In this document: positions 49,680 through 57,648 of the stretch, one piece after another
Numbering within the stretch: the stretch's first letter is position 1
Layout: every line of letters starts with the position of its first letter
Source: Peribolospora baueri
Lineage: Eukaryota
DNA: 57,648 nucleotides
Assembly (NCBI GenBank): GCA_029717555.1
Contig: JAMDHS010000026.1
Span: 186,001 to 243,648, forward strand
Direction: 5' to 3'
Made by a program: the position numbers and the translations under genes
The notes under the pieces: model-generated
The model's input: only the letters and a program-made list of their open reading frames with translations
Database searches by the model: none
Told to the model about the DNA's origin: nothing

Positions 49680-52600
49680 ATGGCACCTAAATCCACTCCC
49701 GCGAAGACGGCCGCGACGGTGGGTGTTTGTGGATTGCGTCGGTTGTGTGGACTGGCTGGTGCGAATTCTAATCTTTTCTCTATTTTGCGACGTTTATTAG
49801 AAGGACAGCAAGGGTATGAAACAGCAGACGTTGCACGGCTTCTTCATCACCCCACGCTCGAACGCCTCGAGTACCCGTTCTCCTGCCCCTACGCCCACTT
49901 CTGCTACGCCGGCTGCGAACAAGAACAACCAACTTCAGACGCCTTCGACGACAGGCTCTACAGGCCTGAATACCGGCGCTACTTTGTCACGGAAGGGTGA
50001 CCTCGATTCCTCGCCGACCGCGCCGCGAGGCCGTGGTGGTCGTCACGGTGGCGCGTCGGAGCTTCCAGCCGAACCGTCGGAAGAGGATGACGACGAAGAC
50101 TCAGCGCCTGTCAAGGAGAGATCTAGCTCACGCAAAAGCTTCGATATGTCATCTGCCATCGTTCGTCATGGTCAGCCGACTCCTCCCCGAAGCGATGGCC
50201 TCGATTCCACGATGGACGTAGACGACGACGACGACGACGAGCCGCTGCTGAGCGCTCCCAGGCGTGTAAGTCGTCGTCGCATCAGAAGCATGTCAGTGCA
50301 CCATTCTTCACACAGCTCACGATCTCGCTCGACCTACACTGTGTCCACAGCGGAGCTGCACGAAGCGCCGGATCCTGAATGCGGAGTCCGATGAAGACGA
50401 AGACGTCGGCGAGGGAAGGGACGTTTTTACGTCTCCCAGCCCAATCAGAAAACCTGCAAAAAGTTCGGCCAAAGGACTGTGCCCGAAGAAGAGGAGGGTG
50501 GATGATGAAGACGACTTCATCGTGGATGACGATGAGCCACTCTCTCAAGGTGAGTCTGATAGCTACCACTCTTCGATCCCGGCTGAGTGCGGTCAGTCTG
50601 ATGAGGTCTCGTTGTGTCATCCTTTTCAGCTGATGACGAGGGATCGGTGTTTGAGATGGACAAGGACGAAGACGACGCGGAGTCAAACACCAAAAAATCG
50701 TCCAGCAAGCGCTCTTCTTCACTCAACGTGAGTGACTTGGATGGAAAATCGACATCTAGTTGGGGATGACCGTTTTGTCACGATTCTGACCTTTCTCGCT
50801 CGTGTTCCGTATCGCCTCTCTAAGACTTTCAAAATGAATGCGTCAAGGCCGCGCGGCACCTCTTCGAGCTCAGCCAGCCCCGCCCCGACACTGAAGAGAG
50901 CCGATAAGTCAGACTTGACGAAAGCGGAGAGGCGGCGCGAGGCCGAAAAGGCGTTTAAAAAAGCGAACGAGCAGAGATACGGCTTTTTGTTGGATCTCAG
51001 AGACGTGAGTTGTGTCCTCCCCGCACCTGTCTGACCCTGCCAGCCGGCCAAACTCATCGGAACCGTCATACCGCTTGCCTTTGTCGAGCTCAGAAGGACC
51101 GCAATCCCGTAGGGTCGCCCGATTACGATCCTCGCACGCTTTACATCCCCCCTAGCGCATGGAAGGAGTTCTCGCCATTTGAAAAGCAGTATTGGACCAT
51201 CAAGCAGAACCACATGGACACCGTACGTTCGTCATATATGCGCATTGGTCGAGCATCGCCCACGCTGAAAGTCGCCTCTCTGTGCACACAGGTCCTCTTT
51301 TGCCAAAAGGGAAAGTTCTACGAGCTCTTCGAGATGGACGCGGTGAGCCAGTTTCTTCCAAAGCTCGACGGCGAGACTGTATGCTGACCCTGTTCGTCGA
51401 TGGGCATTTCGCGTGCACAGGAGATCGGTCACCGCGAATTTGACCTCAAACTCACAGACAGAGTGAAGATGAAGATGGTCAGTGCTCGCTCGTCGTCCCT
51501 CACGCCAGGAATCCGAACCCAGCTGATCCGAATAATGACTCATGGTACTCCTTTAGGTCGGCATTCCGGAAGCCTCGTTCGACATGTTCGCCGCCAAGTT
51601 CTTGGCCCTGGGTTACAAAGTCGGAAGGGTGGACCAATGCGAGACGAGCGTGGCTATGGAGATGCGCACCGGAGCGAGGCGTGGTGGCGGAGGAGATATA
51701 GTTCGACGCGAGCTCAGGAATGTGCTCACCACCGGAACGATCGTGGATGGCCACCTCCTGGCTGACGACCTCGGCAGTCATTGCGTAGCTATTAAGGTAC
51801 TTGTGGTTTGGTCCGGTTTGCCTTCATCCCTTTTTGGAGCTCACGAGCCTATTATCGCGTTTTCGTATCTTGTCTGTAGGAGAGTATCCGCACGTCCGGC
51901 GACCCTCCGTCGTTCGGGGTCTGCATTGTGGATGCATCGACGGCCGAGTTCAAGCTGTCGGCCTTTGATGACGACTTTTCAAGGACCAGGCTCGACACGC
52001 TAATCAGGTCGTTGCGTGTCAAAGAAATCTTATATGAGAAAGTGAGCAGATAGATAGCCGTGATCGTCTCTTGTTGATCGCCCACTTACCAAGCGCGTAT
52101 TTGTGTGGTTACCAGGGCAACTTGTCCACGCAAACACAGCGCCTCCTCCGCAATTCGGTTGCTCACTCGTGCTTGTGGACCGCCTTGCGGTCTGGGTCCG
52201 AATTCCTTGACGAGGAGTCGACGCTGGATGAGTTGAAGGCCGTGTTCCCCCCTTCTGCTTTAGACGATGATGAAGCAAGCGGCGGTGATCGCAGCAACGC
52301 TGTTCCAAAGGAGATCACCAGCATGCTCGACAACCGCTTGGCCGTCTCCGCTCTCGGAGCGACGCTCTGGTATCTTCGCCAGCTCAACCTTGACAAGGAG
52401 CTGTTCGCGTGCAAGAACTTCAACATCTTCGACCCCATTCGCCAGGGCCAGTCGCTTATCCTCGACGCGCAAAGCCTCGGCCACATGCAGGTGCTTGTTA
52501 ATGACCAGGGAGGCGACGCGGGTACGCTCCACAAGCTGCTCAATCGCTGCGTGACGTCTTTTGGTAAGTCTGGCCCGGCGCGTGGGACCGTACGAGGCGA

Positions 52601-54814
52601 TCGTGCTAATCATCTTGGACGCGGCGCGTATTTTGATGCAGGCAAGCGACTGTTCCGCTATTGGCTCACGGCCCCACTGAGGCGTATCGACCAGATCAAG
52701 GCCCGACAGGACGCCGTGGAGGACTTTATGAACCATCCCAGGTTCGAGGACGAATTCGATTCGTTCGCGAGGGGCCTTCCTGATTTGGAGAGACTCATTT
52801 CGCGCATCCAAGGCAAGAAGTGTAGGCCGAAAGTGAGTATACTTCATCTCTCTCCTTGTTCGGCTTGGATTCTCACCGGACGCGTTGCTTTCGTATGCAG
52901 GACTTTGTAAACGTCTTGAAGGTGAGCTCGATGCTCAACACGGCCATGCTCGACGGGACCGCTCGCTGACAGGGCTTGTCTGTTCTTTAGAATTTTGACA
53001 GGATTCAGAGAGGCGTCGAATTGCTTCTGGACTGCACAAGCGAATTTGAACACTCGGGCGTCAAGAACATCCTGCGCGGGATCCCGGACGTCGGTGAGAT
53101 CGTAAAGCGCCTCCGCGGCATGTACACTGTGGGAGCGGATGGTGAGGACCTCCATTTTTTTCGTTTCGTACTGCGGATTCGATACTTGGCCCTGCGGGCG
53201 ATCATGTGGCTGAAAGTGTTCCGCTGTGGCCGACAGACTCTTTCGTGCCCGCCCCCGGCGTTCACGATGACTTTGATCAGGCGGACAAAGAGATTGCCGA
53301 CGTTGAGGGCGAGCTGGAATCCCTGATCCCCAAGTACAGGCAGGAGTTGGGCTTGAGGTGAGCGGTGGTGCGGGCGGATGTTGGCGAGACGTTGTTGACC
53401 CGCGGCTACTTTACTCGTCCCGTGGCGCGCACAGGTCCAAGGAGATACAGTTCAAGCACATCGGCACCAAGGAGATCTACCAAGTGGAAGTACCGAACGG
53501 AACAAAAGTGCCGCGGGAGTGGAAGAACATGTCGAGCACGAAATCGGTCAAGCGGTACTACTCGCCGGCGGTAGAGAGGCTGGTGCAGAAGCTGAAGGAA
53601 GCTCGGGAAGTGAGGGTGGCTGTGGTGAAGGACTTTGCGTTGCAGGTCTACGAGGAATTCAGTCGGGACGCGGCGTTGTTCCTCGGCGCCGTCAAGGCGC
53701 TGGCTGAGGTGGACTGTGTGCTGAGTCTGGCCAAGGCGTCGGCAGCGATGGGCGAGCCGTGCTGCCGACCGGAACTGGTCGAGTCGGACCGCGCGTTGAT
53801 TGAGTTTGAGACGCTGAGGCACCCGTGCATGATCGGCACGGCGGTGGACTTTATCCCGAACGACGTCAAGCTGGGTGGGGAGAGCTGTGACATGATGTTG
53901 CTCACGGGCGGGAACATGGCGGGCAAGAGCACGCTGTCGCGCACGGTCGCTGCGGGCGTCATCATCGCTCAGATGGGATGCTGGGTGCCAGCTGAGCGCG
54001 CACGGTGAGTTGCGAGCGGAAAGGCTAGCGAGGAAAAAGACGAAGAAGAAGGCTCATGCGTGGTCGAACTCGCACTTGGATAGCATCTCTCCGGTGGATC
54101 GAATCGCGTCGCGGATGGGCGCCAACGATCGCATCTTTGCCGCGTCGAGCACGTTCATGGTCGAGATGCAGGAGGCTGCAAGGGTGAGTGAAGACGGCGG
54201 TGAATTGGTGCCTGGGGTGAGAGATGAGAGATTTAACTGACACGAATTCGTCAATGGGACGGACGGTGCAGATCATCAACGAGTCGACACCCAAGTCGCT
54301 CGTGCTGATGGACGAGCTGGGGCGGGGGACGTCTACGTTTGACGGGGTAGCGATCGCGACGGCGGTGGCGCACCACCTGGCGTCGCGGACGGGGTGCCTG
54401 TCTCTGTTCGCGACGCACTACCACTCGCTCGCCGAGACGTTCACGCACCACCCTCGGGTGAAGCTGAAGCATATGGGCGTCCTGGTGGACGACGAGCGGC
54501 GAGAGGTGGTGTTTACGTACAAGCTAGCCGACGGTTTGTCTCCGTCGTCATACGGGATCAACGTGGCGGGCTTGGCGGGCGTGCCGGCGGAGGTGTGCGC
54601 GCGGGCGGAGGCGGTGGCGGGGCAGTTTATGGAGGCTCGGGTGCAGTGGCAAGGGGAGCGGCGGGCGGAGAGGGGGGGCAGGATGGGCGCGACGGCGCTG
54701 AGCGACTTTGCATGGCTGTTCAAGAGGAACAGACTGAATAAGGAAGATTTGAGGGTCGTGGAGACGATCCGGCGGGCACTTGGCAAGATGGCGTTGGGCG
54801 AGGGGGATATGTGA
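49680..54814 (+). CDS. MSH6: DNA mismatch repair protein Msh6
   Basis: About 18 exons. N-terminal PIP box [27 protein letters not shown] and [10 protein letters not shown] (Phe-X-Glu); [10 protein letters not shown] (Walker A), [20 protein letters not shown] and FATHYH. Includes a 21-nt microexon at 52901..52921. Confidence 0.97.
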
Positions 54815-55070
54815 ATAGTATATCCGATCCGTATGGACACTATTTTTCGTTCCGTTTTTTTTTCTCCGCCGGAGGTTTGTGAGGACGACGACGATCTGTT
54901 TTGTCTTCTTCCGACGAACCCCGGTTCGAGATGGACAGGAGAGGTGAGACAGAAAAAAAGTCTTGGCCGTGGGCGCGGTGACTTGATGTGATTTGATTTG
55001 TCTCAGGTCGACAGGGGAGGAAGCGAAGGAAGCGAGGAAGCGGCAGGGCGCGGCGAGACAGATAAGGGGT

Positions 55071-55121
55071 CTGTCTATCTATCTATCTGTCTATCTATCT
55101 ATCTATCTATCTGTCTGTCTG
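55071..55121. repeat. (TCTA/TCTG)n tetranucleotide microsatellite
   Basis: Direct reading of the sequence. Confidence 0.9.
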
Positions 55122-55968
55122 GTCTAGTCTAGACTGTGCTGCAGCCGGGACACGTCTGTCTGTCCGGTCCGTCGTCGGGACGGCTTTTCCGAGGGCGAAG
55201 GAGCCCGTTGATGTGCATGTGTATGTGTACGTGGACGACGTAGACGGATCGTCGGCGCGTCGGCTTCGGTGGGCCGACGTCGACGACGGCCGACCTGCGA
55301 GGAGAGAGGAAGGAGGCGCGGCGAGGAGAAGGGCGGGCGGCAGCAGCGCGCGCTTGCCCCGCGTCGAGGGAGCGACGGTGTGCATAGATTGGGGCACTGT
55401 ATGCATGTACAGTATGCATATGCACGGTATGGTTGAGACGCGTCGAAGCGGCGGCGCCTTGCATGGAACGAGGGGACAAGGTTTGGCGCCGTGTGTCAGG
55501 AGGGCTGGACCCTTGCCCCCTTGCCGGCGTCTTTTTTCTCTCTCTCCCTCGCCGCGTCGGCGTGTTTGCTCTTTGCTCCTCGGCCACGACTGCGTCGTAC
55601 GTCGCCGTTTCCGGCAAGGCGCCGACGCCAACGCGTCCGTCTGACCATCCGGATGTCTTTTTCTTTTCTCCCTCCGTCGTCCTCGTCGTCGATCGTCCGT
55701 ATCCGTAGCCTGGCTCCCATCTAACCCTCCCTCGCCCTTGCTTGCTTGCTCGCTTCTGCTTCCCTCTCTGCCGCTCGCACCGTGTCCCTGCCTGCCTGCC
55801 TGTCTGTGATCGACATGACATGGCCCTCGCCCGCCATCTCGTCTCCTCGCTCCGACAAGCTTAAATCGGTGACCCCTCCTCTTTCGTTTGTCCCTCCCCG
55901 CCTCCTCCACTCATTCATTCGTTCCTCCTCCTAACAACCTCCATCTCCATGCCGCACACGCCATCGCC

Positions 55969-57339
55969 ATGCACATCCACCACACACTCTCTCTCCCAGG
56001 CGTAGCCTTCACCACCACGCACAACACCCCGCAAGCCAGTCCTCGCTGCGCCCTCTCCAGCGTCGCCCCCTCCTCTCCCCGCCGCCGCGCACCCTCCTCC
56101 TCCTCCTCAACGCCGCCCTCGCTCTCCACCTCGCGCGCCTCCTCGCCCCTTCCCACCCCACCCGCGTCCCCATCTCGCCCTCTCTTCGCCTTCAAGTGCG
56201 GCCTCCTCCGCCTCGCCAAGACCGACCCGGACCGCAGGCAGAGGCACAACGCCGGCTCGCGCGACGATGCCCGCGCAGACGCAGTTGCAGGCGTAGACGA
56301 AGACGCACACCCACACCCACACCCACACCCACAACCACAACCACATACGGACGCAGACGTGTTCGGAACCCCCACCAATCGTCCCCGTCTCCGTGCCCGC
56401 CCACGTCCTCGTCCCCGCGCGCGTCCCCCTCCTCACCGCCCCGACCTCGACGCGCTGGTCCGGACGAGCTCAGCAGTCCGCGACTTGAGCCTGTTCACCG
56501 CCGACGCCCTCCGCGATGGCCACCCTCACTCTCTCCCTTCACGCTTCTCCTCCGACTCAGATCGCACCGACGCCTCGTTCGGAGACCCGTTCGGCATGTC
56601 CACCTCCGAGCCCGCCGATGACGAAGACCACGACTTTGTCCTCGTCCATCCGCCTTGCCGTCTCAACCAACTCTGTCCACCCCTCGTCCCCACTCCACAT
56701 CAGCCCCGCCTCAGCGTCAGTCTCCGTCTCCTCGTCTGCTTCACCCCCTTTGCCGCCGCCGCCGCCCGCCCAAAGTCGGATATCACCTCGGCTGCCGGTA
56801 CGCCTCCCAAACTGCGCATGCGAGGAAGGAGGAGGCGGACGAGCCTCTTGTCCGCCCTCTCCGACACGCTCGGCGTCGGCGATCTCGCCTCCCATCGCCC
56901 TCCCATCACCCCTCCCGCCTCTCCCCAGTGGCGCCGGGAGGAGGACACAAGCCGACGCGTCTTCCCCGCCGTCCCCTTCACCGCCTCCAATGCCCGCTCC
57001 GTTCTCGACCTCAAGGAGGACATCTTCGAATACCTCCACCTCGCCGCCCTCGGCGTCCGCCCCAAGGACGTCTCCCTCGCCCTCCTCTCCTCCGCCCACC
57101 ACCTTGCCACGACCACCGAGTGGGTCACGCCGCCCCTTTCGCCGTCGTCCCTCACCACCTCGTCGACGCCCCTCGACGAGTCCGAGCTCACCTTCCGCCT
57201 CGGCCTCGAGGACGACGACCTGCTCGCCGTCACCGTCGCCCTCCCCCAGGGCAGCAAGCCCCCCGCCAGGTCGCCATGGCCGCCGGCGAGGCCCAAGAGG
57301 CCGCCCTCGCCGACCGTCGCCATCGCCGGTTGGATTTGA
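55969..57339 (+). CDS. Hypothetical Pro/Ser-rich protein (~456 aa) with a possible C-terminal ubiquitin-like fold
   Basis: Single open frame with strong C-ending codon bias. First ATG is at 55969, after a pyrimidine-rich leader. The ordered-looking segments are SVLDLKEDIFEYL and LGLEDDDLLAVTV. Confidence 0.7.
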   Translation: MHIHHTLSLPGVAFTTTHNTPQASPRCALSSVAPSSPRRRAPSSSSSTPPSLSTSRASSPLPTPPASPSRPLFAFKCGLLRLAKTDPDRRQRHNAGSRDDARADAVAGVDEDAHPHPHPHPQPQPHTDADVFGTPTNRPRLRARPRPRPRARPPPHRPDLDALVRTSSAVRDLSLFTADALRDGHPHSLPSRFSSDSDRTDASFGDPFGMSTSEPADDEDHDFVLVHPPCRLNQLCPPLVPTPHQPRLSVSLRLLVCFTPFAAAAARPKSDITSAAGTPPKLRMRGRRRRTSLLSALSDTLGVGDLASHRPPITPPASPQWRREEDTSRRVFPAVPFTASNARSVLDLKEDIFEYLHLAALGVRPKDVSLALLSSAHHLATTTEWVTPPLSPSSLTTSSTPLDESELTFRLGLEDDDLLAVTVALPQGSKPPARSPWPPARPKRPPSPTVAIAGWI

Positions 57340-57614
57340 TTTTCATCGGACCGCCGGACGGTCCGTCGGTCGCTCTCGTCGTTTCTTCTTTCCTTCCTCC
57401 GTCCCTCGGCTCTCCGTGTCATCTCGTCGGCCTCTGTAGACTTAGTCGTCGTCCCGCCTTTCGCTTTCGCTTGCCCCTTCCTTGGCTCGGCCCTTTCCTT
57501 GCTCTTTCCTTGCTTTTCCGTTTCGTTCCCTTCCCCTCCACTTGCCCCCTGCTCCTCTTCTACGACGTGACGCCCTGTCGCGGCTGTATACCAACCAACC
57601 AGACCTGAGCGCCA

Positions 57615-57616
<2 letters not shown>

Positions 57617-57648
<32 letters not shown>
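57617..57648. repeat. Poly-T tract (32 nt) at the window end
   Basis: Direct reading. It probably marks an assembly break. Confidence 0.9.

Noticed and set aside
57617..57648. Poly-T as the tail of a retro-element
   Set aside because: It is at the window edge, so no element body or target-site duplication is visible.

Overview
Eukaryotic, intron-rich, GC-rich fungal DNA. It is a basidiomycete, and the protein style suggests Ustilaginomycotina (inference). It is not prokaryotic: I saw no CRISPR, rRNA, tRNA or intact transposon. I spliced gene models by hand from GT-AG signals plus recognised protein motifs. Order along the window: 5' end of UTP22 (-); an unresolved stretch at 0.7-2.4 kb; a ~1,500-aa Ser/Pro-rich orphan; a ~1,990-aa PY-motif/PH-domain protein (YHR131C-like); a secreted PEBP; then a compact housekeeping block, mostly head-to-head pairs (MSY1/RIB3, BOL3, COQ6/SEC6, TFB2, PET100/YAE1, RVB2/TRM6, TEL2/RPL10, MSH6). 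A final orphan appears to carry a cryptic ubiquitin-like fold and an Atg8-interacting motif. Most ORF-track entries are GC-rich shadow ORFs. I cannot demonstrate a clear-cut new system. The best leads are the LIR+UBL orphan, frequent AAG 3' splice sites, a probable GC-AG intron, branch-point hairpins, the secreted PEBP, a spliced uORF, and a weak FMN-riboswitch-like motif order upstream of RIB3.
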